Of a stretch of DNA of 64,000 nt, positions 1 to 9,388 are shown one piece after another (the first letter of the stretch is position 1; every line of letters begins with the position of its first letter). Under the pieces are notes generated by a model. It saw nothing but the letters and a program-made list of their open reading frames with translations. It was not told the origin of the DNA and searched no databases. The translations under genes and the position numbers were made by a program. Location: the IMG/VR virus record IMGVR_UViG_3300027759_000044. One strand, 5' to 3'. Source of the stretch: a virus (Duplodnaviria > Caudoviricetes).

Positions 1-659
1 GTTTTACCCTTTTCACGATTACGAATTCTATCTAAGTAATCGTCTAGTTCTTGACCTTTTAGTTCACGTGTTTGTGCTGGTAGTTTGGTTGCTTCGGATA
101 CTTTTTTGTCATCCCAATCATCATCCCAATCATCATTATTTTTTGGGTGCTGTCCCCAGTCTGTCTGGTTAACTATAGCATATGCAACCTCAGGTGGTAC
201 ACCTGCTCGTTTAGCAAAAAATTCTTTGTTACCCGGCTCATTAAACCAAGCCCAAAAATCGTTTCCTAGTGATTTATAATAAGTCCACATAAGTTTTTTA
301 ACTTCACTGAATCTAGGATGTAATGATACTTCACCCTCCAACACACTTTGTTGTTTATGATTTGTAGATTGTTTACTCTGTTTATTACTATCAGGGAACA
401 TTATGGAAATACTTTTACCATAAGCCTGATCAATTGTCTTAGGATCTATTTTAGATTTATCAGTTCTAGCCTTATGTGTAAACTGTGCTAATTCTTCAGG
501 GGACATTTTATCTAATTCTTCGGAAGACATTTCATCTATTTGTTCTTCCGGTTCATCACCCGATTGAGCAAGGAATTGATCCATACTCATAACTTTGATG
601 CCGCCAACCGCACCCGGTAATTTGGGCGTTGCACCCTCAAATAATTCTGTAAAGTTCAT
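1..659 (-). CDS. Partial hypothetical protein (runs off the left edge), probable head-packaged protein
   Basis: Not in ORF track; I translated it from ATG at 659 (ATGA overlap with the upstream stop): MNFTELFEGATPKLPGAVGGIKVMSMDQFLAQ..., open to position 1. Confidence 0.8.
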   Translation of the reverse strand, partial: MNFTELFEGATPKLPGAVGGIKVMSMDQFLAQSGDEPEEQIDEMSSEELDKMSPEELAQFTHKARTDKSKIDPKTIDQAYGKSISIMFPDSNKQSKQSTNHKQQSVLEGEVSLHPRFSEVKKLMWTYYKSLGNDFWAWFNEPGNKEFFAKRAGVPPEVAYAIVNQTDWGQHPKNNDDWDDDWDDKKVSEATKLPAQTRELKGQELDDYLDRIRNREKGK

Positions 660-1588
660 AATATTTCTTTTCTAGCCTTTGCTACCATTTGTTCGGCAAG
701 CATTAATAATTCTTCCATCTGCTCAATAGATTCACAATTCCATCTACGTAAACTCTTGTTAATGTTACTATTTGGATCTCTTGCTGTTTTAGCACTAGTT
801 CTACTTTTCTTCATGCCCTTCATTCTAGCACAGAATGATTTACGGCGTTTAGCGGCTTTACTGCCCTTTTTAAGTTTGCTAGGTTTAGTAGTAACTGCTG
901 TTTGAATCTTGCTACCGGGATGACTACGGCGATAGCTACTTACAGACTTTTTACTCATACCACCTACTCTTGGGTTGTTATGCTTTGACCAAGTCTCACC
1001 TTCATTCAATTCTAAATCGCTATGATTAAACGCAATGTAACTATCTCCGTTCTCATCACCTATTCTAATAACAAATACTCCCGCATCTTCATCACCTGAT
1101 TCATCTTGACCGATATCCCAACCCATTGAAGCTAATGTTTTTTGTGCTTTTGCCATTTGTTGTTCTGTTCCATGCCACCATTGAGCAGCCAGTTGTTTTA
1201 GAATTTCTTCTTCATCTGGCTCATGGTCATCACCATTACTAGGAGCAAATTCATTTAATGATTCGTTTTGTTGCCCAAGTGGAATATTAGCAATATCAGC
1301 TACAGTAATATTAACTAAATTGGTTGTTCCATTTGCTATACGAGCAAAATGTCCTTGGTTGTGTAAATTCATCATTACGTAATACAGATAGTTTGGGTCA
1401 AGAACATCTGTACGTACTACTTTGACACCAATACGTGATGGATCAAATTCTTTAACAGGCTTACCCACTGTCTTATCACTACCTTTACGTATTAACCAAA
1501 AGTCAGCATCCGGCATATTGGTAGCAATTTTTGCTATGTCTTTCAGTCTGGTTCCTGAACTCTCTGATATAATTTCGGTAAATCTCAT
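656..1588 (-). CDS. Mosaic protein: HsdS-TRD-like N-domain, acidic middle, DUF6321-like C-domain; probable virion internal protein
   Basis: C-terminal KRRKSFCARM..GM..NKSLRRWNC (DUF6321-like); N-terminal RLKDIAKI...DPNYLYYVM..NGTT..NITVADIANIPL; starts MRFTEIISE. Confidence 0.6.
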   Translation of the reverse strand: MRFTEIISESSGTRLKDIAKIATNMPDADFWLIRKGSDKTVGKPVKEFDPSRIGVKVVRTDVLDPNYLYYVMMNLHNQGHFARIANGTTNLVNITVADIANIPLGQQNESLNEFAPSNGDDHEPDEEEILKQLAAQWWHGTEQQMAKAQKTLASMGWDIGQDESGDEDAGVFVIRIGDENGDSYIAFNHSDLELNEGETWSKHNNPRVGGMSKKSVSSYRRSHPGSKIQTAVTTKPSKLKKGSKAAKRRKSFCARMKGMKKSRTSAKTARDPNSNINKSLRRWNCESIEQMEELLMLAEQMVAKARKEIL

Positions 1589-1606
1589 TGTCTTGTCCGT
1601 AAATAG

Positions 1607-1635
1607 TTGACTTTATTGCGTAGGTATGCTACACT
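1607..1635 (+). promoter_or_regulatory. sigma70-type promoter
   Basis: TTGACT-17 bp-TACACT upstream of uvsE. Confidence 0.6.
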
Positions 1636-2693
1636 GTATATATTATTTATCACTTTGGACTATTACTTTGACAAATCAATCTATCAAACGCATCGGCTTT
1701 GCTTGTAAATGGGCAGAAATTAACAGTAAAGGTGAGATTGTTTCAGCCGAAGGTCTTAATACGGGTGGAACTACACAAGCATGGGCAAAGCGCAATAATC
1801 GTAGTGTAGTAGAAGAAAAGATTATGGATGTTGCTAAACGCAATATTATGAATACTCACGCATTGGTTAAGCGTGTTGCTACATTAGAACCCGAATTGCG
1901 TATGGTTCGTCTTACTAGCGATATGTTGAGTTTTTATACTATGGATGGTTACAAAGAATTTTGGCAAAGTACTGATGTACAGAATAGCTTACAACGTTGG
2001 ATGGCACCCATTGGTGAAACAGCTAGGGCTAACGATGTTCGTCTTAGTTTTCATCCTGACCAATTTGTAGTTTTAGCAAGTGACCGTGAAGAAGTAGTAA
2101 ATAAGAGTATAGAAGAATTTGAATATCATTGTGACATGGCCCGCATGATGGGTTATGGGCAGAAGTTTCAGGATATCAAAATCAATGTTCACATCTCTGG
2201 TAGAAAAGGTCCTCAGGGTATCAGAGATGTTTATGGTAGACTTAGCCCCGAGGCACGAAACACACTTACATTAGAAAATGAAGAATACACACATGATCTT
2301 ACAGACTGCTTATCATTATCTGACCTCGTACCTACGGTCATGGACATCCATCACCACTGGATTAAAACTGGAGAATATATTCAACCGACTGATGATCGGG
2401 TTAAAATGGTTAGGGATAGTTGGCGTGGTTTGCGCCCTACTTGCCATTACTCCGTCAGCCGTGAGGACGTACTTGTTGGACATCCCGGATCACAGTTACC
2501 CGCTCATGGTGCGTTGATAGAAGCCGGACATAGTAAACAGAAGCTTCGGGCACATAGTGATTATTATTGGAACGAAGCGGTAAACGATTGGGCATTGACA
2601 TTCTTAGATAACTTTGATATAATGTGTGAATCAAAGGCAAAGAATCTTGCCAGCTTTAAACTATACGAAAGATACAAATGTTTGACAAAATAA
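1626..2693 (+). CDS. uvsE: UV damage endonuclease UvsE/UvdE (true start possibly TTG at 1668)
   Basis: IGFACK, RLTSD, RLSFHPDQF, LTLENEE, MDIHHH, HYS motifs. Confidence 0.9.
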   Translation: MLHCIYYLSLWTITLTNQSIKRIGFACKWAEINSKGEIVSAEGLNTGGTTQAWAKRNNRSVVEEKIMDVAKRNIMNTHALVKRVATLEPELRMVRLTSDMLSFYTMDGYKEFWQSTDVQNSLQRWMAPIGETARANDVRLSFHPDQFVVLASDREEVVNKSIEEFEYHCDMARMMGYGQKFQDIKINVHISGRKGPQGIRDVYGRLSPEARNTLTLENEEYTHDLTDCLSLSDLVPTVMDIHHHWIKTGEYIQPTDDRVKMVRDSWRGLRPTCHYSVSREDVLVGHPGSQLPAHGALIEAGHSKQKLRAHSDYYWNEAVNDWALTFLDNFDIMCESKAKNLASFKLYERYKCLTK

Positions 2694-3094
2694 AAAACCT
2701 ATTTAAAAAACAAGAGATTGAACCTGTTGTTAAGAAAGAGCCTAAGCCTAAACAACAGAAACCCCTGACACCTGAACTTACAGAAAAAGAAAAAGCTACG
2801 GCAGCTAGTGAACCATACGTTGCTATTATCAAAGTAGAATTGAATCCTGAAAATATAAATGACGGTGCGTTTGAGTTGGATTGGAATGACAAATTTGTTT
2901 TGAACTTAATTAAAGCAGGTTACAAACAACGTGATGATGATACTGACCAACTTATAGTAGAAAGATGGTTTCAGTACACCTGCAGAAATATTGCTTTAGA
3001 GCTATATGACCAACAAATTGCTGATCCCGACAACCGTGATTCAAGGGTAATTCGTACTAAGGATTTAGGTAACGGTCGAACAGAAGTAAGTTAA
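2678..3094 (+). CDS. Hypothetical phage protein
   Basis: 138-aa ORF coupled to uvsE, typical codon usage. Confidence 0.75.
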   Translation: MFDKIKNLFKKQEIEPVVKKEPKPKQQKPLTPELTEKEKATAASEPYVAIIKVELNPENINDGAFELDWNDKFVLNLIKAGYKQRDDDTDQLIVERWFQYTCRNIALELYDQQIADPDNRDSRVIRTKDLGNGRTEVS

Positions 3095-3118
3095 TTTATC
3101 CAAATAACACAAATATAG

Positions 3119-3147
3119 TTGACATTTATCGGTTTCTATAGTATACT
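3119..3147 (+). promoter_or_regulatory. sigma70-type promoter
   Basis: TTGACA-17 bp-TATACT. Confidence 0.75.
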
Positions 3148-3202
3148 TGCTCTTGTGAGTTGAATAATATTCTTCACACAGACATTTTTACAAAGGAAAC
3201 AT

Positions 3203-4411
3203 ATGTCAAACTCTAAAACAGCAGGTACCTTCAAATTCAAATGGGTACCAAATTCAAAGTCAGTAACTAAAAAAGATTTACCAAACAATGAATTAGATCA
3301 AACCCCCGGTTATGTAGAACAAAACAGTATTACTAATCTAGTTAAAGACTTTAAGAACAGCGATTTTTTTAAAACGCTTAAAGATTTTCTAAAAACTGAA
3401 GATTATAAAAATGAGAGCAAGGGTAAGCCTCAACGATACAATCAAATACCCAAATTAGAATCAATCCCGATTCTATATCTTTTTACTGCTTTAGCCGTTC
3501 AACGAAAGATTGACTGGGATCATTTGTTCAGAATTGTAACAACATGGGATTCACGCAGGCCTGCTACGGTTAATGTAATTCGTTTACCTGGATCAAATAC
3601 ATACTATATTACAGACGGCCAACATACAGTATTAGCTATTGCTATTCGTGCAATGTTAGGTTTGTTCGAAGATATTGACAAAAATGATTGGATGAATGTC
3701 TCAGTAAATTGTCAAGTTGTAGAAACAAATGATTTCAGTTTTGCACGTGAACACTTTTTGGGTATTAATGGCGAAGATAGACTTCCAATCATGCCCTTTG
3801 ACACACACAAGATTCATGTGTTTGGTAGTCGGTTAGACAATAGTAAACAAGAAAAATATATCATTGCCGATAGACGACAATCAGCACTTGAAAAATATAA
3901 TTTGATTCCGGTACATCCTGAGAGCCTTGATCGTTTTAAGCCAGGTGCATTGATTCATTGTAATCTTATTAGAAAATTAGATGTAGAAGATATTCACTTC
4001 CTCGGCGAGAATCATAAACAATATTGGCCACAAGAGCCACTTGATTCAATTGAAATGTTACCATTTCAAGAATTGCGTAAGAAACTTCTTAAAGAGGGTG
4101 CTGACTTTGATACACCTGAATTCAAAGAATTTATGCGAGACTTAAATTCACTTGTTAAAGAAGTAGCCGGTGGTTGGGCTGAGTTTAAAAATCTAACACA
4201 ACAACTATACCCTAAATATTATATTAAAGCATTTAGTGATAAGCCTGCAGGATGCCCCAAAGATGCATCATTAGTACTATTAATGCAATTGTATGAAAAA
4301 GCGGGTGGAACATATCCTTATGTTCCTCAAAGTTTGACTACACGGTACCGTGAAAACAAAACACAAATGTTCAATCATTTAGACATTGCTCAAAAGGATA
4401 AATTCAAATGA
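3203..4411 (+). CDS. ParB-like/DGQH-motif protein
   Basis: VQRKIDW...YYITDGQHT motif; AAGGA RBS. Confidence 0.6.
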   Translation: MSNSKTAGTFKFKWVPNSKSVTKKDLPNNELDQTPGYVEQNSITNLVKDFKNSDFFKTLKDFLKTEDYKNESKGKPQRYNQIPKLESIPILYLFTALAVQRKIDWDHLFRIVTTWDSRRPATVNVIRLPGSNTYYITDGQHTVLAIAIRAMLGLFEDIDKNDWMNVSVNCQVVETNDFSFAREHFLGINGEDRLPIMPFDTHKIHVFGSRLDNSKQEKYIIADRRQSALEKYNLIPVHPESLDRFKPGALIHCNLIRKLDVEDIHFLGENHKQYWPQEPLDSIEMLPFQELRKKLLKEGADFDTPEFKEFMRDLNSLVKEVAGGWAEFKNLTQQLYPKYYIKAFSDKPAGCPKDASLVLLMQLYEKAGGTYPYVPQSLTTRYRENKTQMFNHLDIAQKDKFK

Positions 4412-4833
4412 ATATGATGCTTTACATTGCTGAGGCGTACGGAAAAGTTAAACCCGGTATTACTAAAAGCGCAAAAAATAGGATCATTTCATATGATAAG
4501 GGAAATAACAACCCTGCGATCTATCATATGTATGTCGCAATTAATGGTTATGACGAACATGTTAGAAATTGCGAGAATTATGTTATGCGACAATTATTTC
4601 CTTTCTTGGAAAACCCGCAATCTAATCGTAAACCAAGTGAATACGTTGATCCAAAACATACACAAATTACGACTGAATATGTACGTGATATTGTTGAGGA
4701 TAGGATCATAAGTCATCCACTTAAAGTTAAACGAGTTAAGAAGGTATTTTTACCTATCACACGATATAACATAAAAACTATCGTTGATGGAATTAAGAAT
4801 TTTCCGGATAAATATTTAGAAGATATTACTTAA
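4408..4833 (+). CDS. GIY-YIG/T5orf172-like protein
   Basis: LYIAE..KVKPGITK..KNRI..Y..GN motif; ATGA overlap with the upstream gene. Confidence 0.5.
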   Translation: MNMMLYIAEAYGKVKPGITKSAKNRIISYDKGNNNPAIYHMYVAINGYDEHVRNCENYVMRQLFPFLENPQSNRKPSEYVDPKHTQITTEYVRDIVEDRIISHPLKVKRVKKVFLPITRYNIKTIVDGIKNFPDKYLEDIT

Positions 4834-4842
4834 CAAAATCAA

Positions 4843-4870
4843 TGGGTTGTTGTATTTTTACAACAACCCA
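4843..4870. repeat. Perfect 12-bp inverted repeat directly upstream of an early promoter
   Basis: TGGGTTGTTGTA-TTTT-TACAACAACCCA. Confidence 0.9.
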
Positions 4871-4875
4871 AAAAT

Positions 4876-4904
4876 TTGACAATAAAGCCAACCGAGTGTA
4901 TAAT
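4876..4904 (+). promoter_or_regulatory. sigma70-type early promoter
   Basis: TTGACA-17 bp-TATAAT. Confidence 0.9.
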
Positions 4905-4935
4905 ACATAGTATTAAAGCTAATAAAGAGGTTAAA

Positions 4936-5157
4936 ATGTCTCATCAAGAATTTGAAAGCAATGTGTCTTACTTGGTCCGTCCGTTGTTAAATGACAACGA
5001 ACACGCAGGATTTTTCTCTGATACTGGTACATTGTTTGCTGAATGTTCTGAAAATACTGCCCGTAGTATTTTTCACAGATTGAGCAAAGAATTTGGTGTC
5101 GGAAAAGTACAAATAAATGGTCCTATAAACGGTGAATACTCCTACGATTTTGAATAA
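4936..5157 (+). CDS. Small early hypothetical protein
   Basis: ATG after AGAGG RBS downstream of the promoter (track start 4876 is the -35 box). Confidence 0.7.
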   Translation: MSHQEFESNVSYLVRPLLNDNEHAGFFSDTGTLFAECSENTARSIFHRLSKEFGVGKVQINGPINGEYSYDFE

Positions 5158-5158
5158 T

Positions 5159-5187
5159 TTGACATTAAATGGAACTTGTGCTATAAT
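5159..5187 (+). promoter_or_regulatory. sigma70-type early promoter
   Basis: TTGACATTAAATGG..TATAAT, 17-bp spacer. Confidence 0.9.
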
Positions 5188-5216
5188 ACATTTTCATTCA
5201 ATTGAAGGGTGCCAAC

Positions 5217-5402
5217 ATGACTGTAGCTATTATTAGTAATCTTCCGATATCGGAATTAGAAAAAGCACGGGTTCATTATAAACTTATCGCTAAACTAGTA
5301 GATAAGAAATTGAGAATCCGTTATCGTGGACCACGATATGATACAATGCGTTTGTATACCTTAAAAAGGCATGCTGTACGTTTTAGTGTTTACTTTGAAT
5401 AA
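5217..5402 (+). CDS. Small basic hypothetical protein
   Basis: ORF after promoter and GAAGGG RBS. Confidence 0.65.
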   Translation: MTVAIISNLPISELEKARVHYKLIAKLVDKKLRIRYRGPRYDTMRLYTLKRHAVRFSVYFE

Positions 5403-5412
5403 AAAAATTATT

Positions 5413-6228
5413 ATGAAAAACGACCGTGAATGGGCTGAGCCTGCAGAAAAAGAAGTTGCTGTGGCACTCAATGGTGGTACTACATCTACTCACATTACTG
5501 CCATTGCCGATAAAATTAAATCTCAAATAGTAACACGTTTTCCCAATGAGCAAATGGTAAAAGCTATTTGGATTGGTGGTGCTGATTATGGAAATGTAGG
5601 TGATGTTAGAATAGAACTTACATCATCTATTGTTCCAATTGAATTGAAATTCAGTTTAGAAGAAGGTAGAGGCACCGCTAAAAATCTTAGTGCTAAACTT
5701 TTTCAAAAAAGAATTGACCCATCAATTTTATCATATATTGAATATGATAAACAGTTTGGTTATAAAAAACAACGTTTTGATTTGATTGAATCATTGACTG
5801 GAAAGACATATAAAAGAGACAATGCTTATCATGCCGACTTGCGAATTTTACGTGACACTAATCCAAAAGTGTTAGATAAAATTGCTGATATTACAGCACC
5901 CGGTCAAGAAAAATATGCTGAGTACGTTGCTAAAGAATGTAATAATCATTTGGATAAAGTAAACATTCTAGTACAAAGCCTATTAAATAAACAAGTGCCC
6001 GATATGTTGTATTGTGTTGTTCGAAACTTTAATACATCCACTCAAGCAGTAGAGTTTATGGATTTTGATAAAGAAAATACAGTTGTCAAAGTAGTAGCAT
6101 CAGGAAAAAGTATTCGGTGTTTTAATAGTAATGGCAAAGACGTTGTAAGATTTTCTGTTCACTGGAAAAACATTTGCCAAGGTGGAAAGAGTCCCTGCTT
6201 TAATGTTTTCATTGGCAATGAATATTAA
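5413..6228 (+). CDS. Putative PD-(D/E)xK restriction-like endonuclease
   Basis: GD-(x9)-PIELK motif; adjacent to a DNA methyltransferase. Confidence 0.5.
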   Translation: MKNDREWAEPAEKEVAVALNGGTTSTHITAIADKIKSQIVTRFPNEQMVKAIWIGGADYGNVGDVRIELTSSIVPIELKFSLEEGRGTAKNLSAKLFQKRIDPSILSYIEYDKQFGYKKQRFDLIESLTGKTYKRDNAYHADLRILRDTNPKVLDKIADITAPGQEKYAEYVAKECNNHLDKVNILVQSLLNKQVPDMLYCVVRNFNTSTQAVEFMDFDKENTVVKVVASGKSIRCFNSNGKDVVRFSVHWKNICQGGKSPCFNVFIGNEY

Positions 6229-6249
6229 TCTGGACACATATTTTCTAAA

Positions 6250-6257
6250 TATAAATA
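6250..6257 (+). promoter_or_regulatory. T4-type late promoter
   Basis: Exact TATAAATA upstream of the methylase. Confidence 0.6.
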
Positions 6258-6282
6258 AACTACATAAAGGTATAATAAAAGT

Positions 6283-7227
6283 ATGTTTCCATATATAGGC
6301 GGTAAAGCACATCACGTAGGTTGGTTAGACCCATTGTTCCCGAACAAATTTGATAAATTTGTAGAAGTGTTCGGCGGTGCAGGTTGGGTTAGTGTAAAAA
6401 GCAAAAAAGTAGAACAAGCTACTACTAGAATTTATAATGACTTTAATCCATTACTGGCTAACGTATATGAATGTTTTAGAACAGATCCTACAGGTCTATT
6501 GGCTAAAATGAATGCTACTACAAAAAGTGATATCAATTTGTATAAACAATATCAACAAGAACTATTCGGGACACTTGACTGGACTAAGGTAACATTAGGA
6601 GATATTGATTTAGCTGTAAAATACTTATATTTACAAACACAAGTTTTTGCTGGTACACCACTAAGCACTACTAATGTTCCTTATTTTACAGAAACAAAAG
6701 CAGGTGGAAAATATCCTAGCAAGTATGATACCCTTAAAAAGAAACTTGGTAAAGATGTTTTAGTTGATAGACTACAACAGATTACATCAGTTGAACAAAT
6801 GGATTGTATTGATCTCATAAAAAAGCATGATAGCAAAGATACATTCTTTTATGTAGATCCTCCCTACTATAAAATGGAATTCTACTATAGCAAAGACTTT
6901 CCCAGAGAGAAACATCAAGAACTAGCTGATGTTTTAGCTAATATTAAGGGTAAGTTTGCTCTAAGCTATTATGACTTTGATGAACTTAAAGAGTTTTATC
7001 CTGAAAACAAGTTTACATGGCATCGTCAGGGTGTTTACCGTAGTGCGGCTACTCGCAGTGGTAACAATGACAATTACAAAGAAAAGAGTAAAGGTACAGA
7101 GATTTTAATTATGAACTACAGTCCACCTGTAGTTGTACCAAAAGTTACTAAAAAACTCAAAACTAAAAAAACTGACACTAAAAAAACTGACACTAAATTA
7201 GATAGCAGTTTATTTGTTTACTCCTGA
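6283..7227 (+). CDS. D12-class (Dam-family) N6-adenine DNA methyltransferase
   Basis: FPYIGGK, FVEVFGGAG (motif I), FFYVDPPYY (motif IV), FALSY. Confidence 0.92.
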   Translation: MFPYIGGKAHHVGWLDPLFPNKFDKFVEVFGGAGWVSVKSKKVEQATTRIYNDFNPLLANVYECFRTDPTGLLAKMNATTKSDINLYKQYQQELFGTLDWTKVTLGDIDLAVKYLYLQTQVFAGTPLSTTNVPYFTETKAGGKYPSKYDTLKKKLGKDVLVDRLQQITSVEQMDCIDLIKKHDSKDTFFYVDPPYYKMEFYYSKDFPREKHQELADVLANIKGKFALSYYDFDELKEFYPENKFTWHRQGVYRSAATRSGNNDNYKEKSKGTEILIMNYSPPVVVPKVTKKLKTKKTDTKKTDTKLDSSLFVYS

Positions 7228-7229
7228 TA

Positions 7230-7258
7230 TTGACAATAAAAGTAAGTTGTGTTATACT
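7230..7258 (+). promoter_or_regulatory. sigma70-type promoter
   Basis: TTGACAATAAA..TATACT, 17-bp spacer. Confidence 0.8.
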
Positions 7259-7264
7259 TCAATT

Positions 7265-7429
7265 ATGAACGAAAAAGTTGAACTTTACTGTACCCAAAAT
7301 GACGAAGGTCAATGGTTAGTATGGTTCCCTCATCCTCTAGGTGGAATGGATGTATTAGAATCATTTGATAATGAATCTGATGCTAAAATTTTTTATCAAC
7401 AACAATTAAATGACGCAGACTATACATGA
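7265..7429 (+). CDS. Small acidic hypothetical protein
   Basis: ATG downstream of promoter; ATGA overlap with rnh. Confidence 0.6.
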   Translation: MNEKVELYCTQNDEGQWLVWFPHPLGGMDVLESFDNESDAKIFYQQQLNDADYT

Positions 7430-8430
7430 GCTCCAAATACGCACTAATCGATACCGCAAATACTTTCTTCAGGGCACGGCATGTTGCTTCACGCAATAGC
7501 ACAACAGAGGAGAAGATAGGCATGGCCTTACATCTGACATTAGCAAGTGTCAATCAAGCTGTAAAACGTTTTGGCATTGACCACTGCGTTTTCTGTTTAG
7601 AAGGTAGGAGCTTCCGCAAAGATACATATGCTCCTTATAAAAAGAATCGTGTAGTTGATGCTATGTCTATTACTGAAACAGAGGCCGAAGAGTCAAAAAT
7701 GTTTTGGGAAACATACTCAAAATTTACCCAATATATTTCAGAGAAGACCAATGTAACTGTATTAAGACACGAACGGGCTGAAGCGGACGATATGATTGCC
7801 CGCTGGATTCACATGCATCCAGCAGATTCACACTGGATAATTTCCACAGATAGCGATTTTCAACAATTAGTGGCGCCAAATGTTAAAATTTATAATGGGG
7901 TAACTAACGAGTTAATTACACTTGAAGGATATTTTAAAGAAAATGGTAAGCCAGTTCTTGATAAGAAAACTAAAGAACCCAAACTATTAGAAGATCCTGA
8001 GTATATTTTATTTCGCAAAATTTGCAGGGGGGATCCGGGCGATAATATTTTTGCGGCCTATCCCGGAGCTAGAGAAAAAGGCACTAAGAATAAAGTTGGC
8101 ATTCTTGAAGCGTTTCAAGATCGTCATAAAATGGGCTACAACCATAACAATTTCATGCTTAGCCGATGGACCGACCATGAGGGTAATGAAGTAAGAGTTA
8201 GGGACGCTTTTGAAAGAAATCGAGGCTTGATAGATTTAACAGCACAACCTCAAGAAATCAAAGATGCTGTGGATCAACGTATCCGTGAAAGTGTACGAGT
8301 TGAGACTACGCCTCACGTAGGAATTCATTTTATGAAATTCTGCGGCCGATATGATTTGGTAAAACTTAGTTCACAAGCGGATTCTTATGCGGCATGGTTA
8401 AATTCACCATATACAGGGAGTTTAGTATGA
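7426..8430 (+). CDS. rnh: T4-type RNase H / 5'-3' exonuclease (FEN family)
   Basis: LIDTAN, FRKD, YKKNR, EADD, ISTDSDF.QL, GDPGDNI. Confidence 0.88.
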   Translation: MSSKYALIDTANTFFRARHVASRNSTTEEKIGMALHLTLASVNQAVKRFGIDHCVFCLEGRSFRKDTYAPYKKNRVVDAMSITETEAEESKMFWETYSKFTQYISEKTNVTVLRHERAEADDMIARWIHMHPADSHWIISTDSDFQQLVAPNVKIYNGVTNELITLEGYFKENGKPVLDKKTKEPKLLEDPEYILFRKICRGDPGDNIFAAYPGAREKGTKNKVGILEAFQDRHKMGYNHNNFMLSRWTDHEGNEVRVRDAFERNRGLIDLTAQPQEIKDAVDQRIRESVRVETTPHVGIHFMKFCGRYDLVKLSSQADSYAAWLNSPYTGSLV

Positions 8431-8639
8431 GTGAACGAATCAGAGAATTGATTAAACAGGTAGGAACCGATGTAAGCGGTAAATGGATGAATGTTGACAA
8501 TGTAGAAAAGTTCGCCGAGTTGATTGTGCAGGAATGTGTTGAAGTTGCTGACCATTCCAATGTTAACGGCAAAAGCATAATTGGTGAACGGATTAAACAA
8601 CATTTCGGAGTTGAAACTTGGGAAAAACTAGGAGAATGA
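8427..8639 (+). CDS. Small hypothetical protein, FAELIVxEC family
   Basis: EKFAELIVQEC motif, paralogous to 16271 and 16488. Confidence 0.7.
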   Translation: MSERIRELIKQVGTDVSGKWMNVDNVEKFAELIVQECVEVADHSNVNGKSIIGERIKQHFGVETWEKLGE

Positions 8640-8640
8640 A

Positions 8641-8838
8641 ATGAATAGAGATTACAATAACCTACAATACATTTTAAACAAAACACCAGATGAATTACAT
8701 AAGTGGTGGAACTCATTGGATGATGAGGATCAATCATATGCTATGGAAATCATTATAGAATATCGTAAAATGCTAGATGAACCAATAGTAGAGGATTTGT
8801 CTATTGCCCGTGATATACTAAAACAGTTTATGTTATAA
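8641..8838 (+). CDS. Hypothetical protein
   Basis: GGAG RBS, coupled ORF. Confidence 0.7.
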   Translation: MNRDYNNLQYILNKTPDELHKWWNSLDDEDQSYAMEIIIEYRKMLDEPIVEDLSIARDILKQFML

Positions 8839-9077
8839 TGGCAAGTTTAGCAGAATATTTCAAAGCTAACCGATACTCGGGTAAATATAGTATCGGTGAC
8901 CGTGTTATAGGTAAATGGAATAAGATTCCCTTTGTCGGTACGGTGGGTAATGATACACTAATCAATGAGATTGAAGGTCCAAGAATTAGTGTACATTTAG
9001 ATTTACCTATCAAATATAAGGATGTAGTATATAACGTTTTAATTGTTAAACACAAAGATATAAGGTTATTCACATGA
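8838..9077 (+). CDS. Hypothetical protein (SH3-like beta composition)
   Basis: Coupled ORF; YSIGDRV.G.W pattern. Confidence 0.65.
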   Translation: MASLAEYFKANRYSGKYSIGDRVIGKWNKIPFVGTVGNDTLINEIEGPRISVHLDLPIKYKDVVYNVLIVKHKDIRLFT

Positions 9078-9358
9078 GCAACATATCCGCACCCACTCCC
9101 TTACTTAATTATACCTTACGGTATAATATGCTAAAAGATATCATAGAAGCTACAAAGAAAAATGATATTAAAAGGGATGACAATAGGGAAAAAGATAAAA
9201 TATTAAGTATACAATCAGACAAACGTTTGGATCAACATAGGTTATTTTTAGAAAACATACAAGAAGTAAAACGATATGAATCGTTGAAACTTACCCGAGA
9301 ATACCAGGAGTACCAATATCTATATAGTTTAGGTACAAAGGTTGACAAATACATTTAA
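9074..9358 (+). CDS. Hypothetical protein
   Basis: ATGA-coupled ORF. Confidence 0.55.
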   Translation: MSNISAPTPLLNYTLRYNMLKDIIEATKKNDIKRDDNREKDKILSIQSDKRLDQHRLFLENIQEVKRYESLKLTREYQEYQYLYSLGTKVDKYI

Positions 9359-9370
9359 TAATGTTACACT
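9342..9370 (+). promoter_or_regulatory. sigma70-type promoter
   Basis: TTGACA-17 bp-TACACT. Confidence 0.7.
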
Positions 9371-9388
9371 TACACAGAGGAATAAAAA

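Noticed and set aside
85-279. Plus-strand 64-aa ORF
   Set aside because: Overlaps the better-supported minus-strand partial ORF 1-659
7162-7197. 15-bp tandem duplication at the methylase C-terminus (KKTDTKKTDTK)
   Set aside because: In-frame slippage in a low-complexity tail; unlikely to be a phase-variation switch
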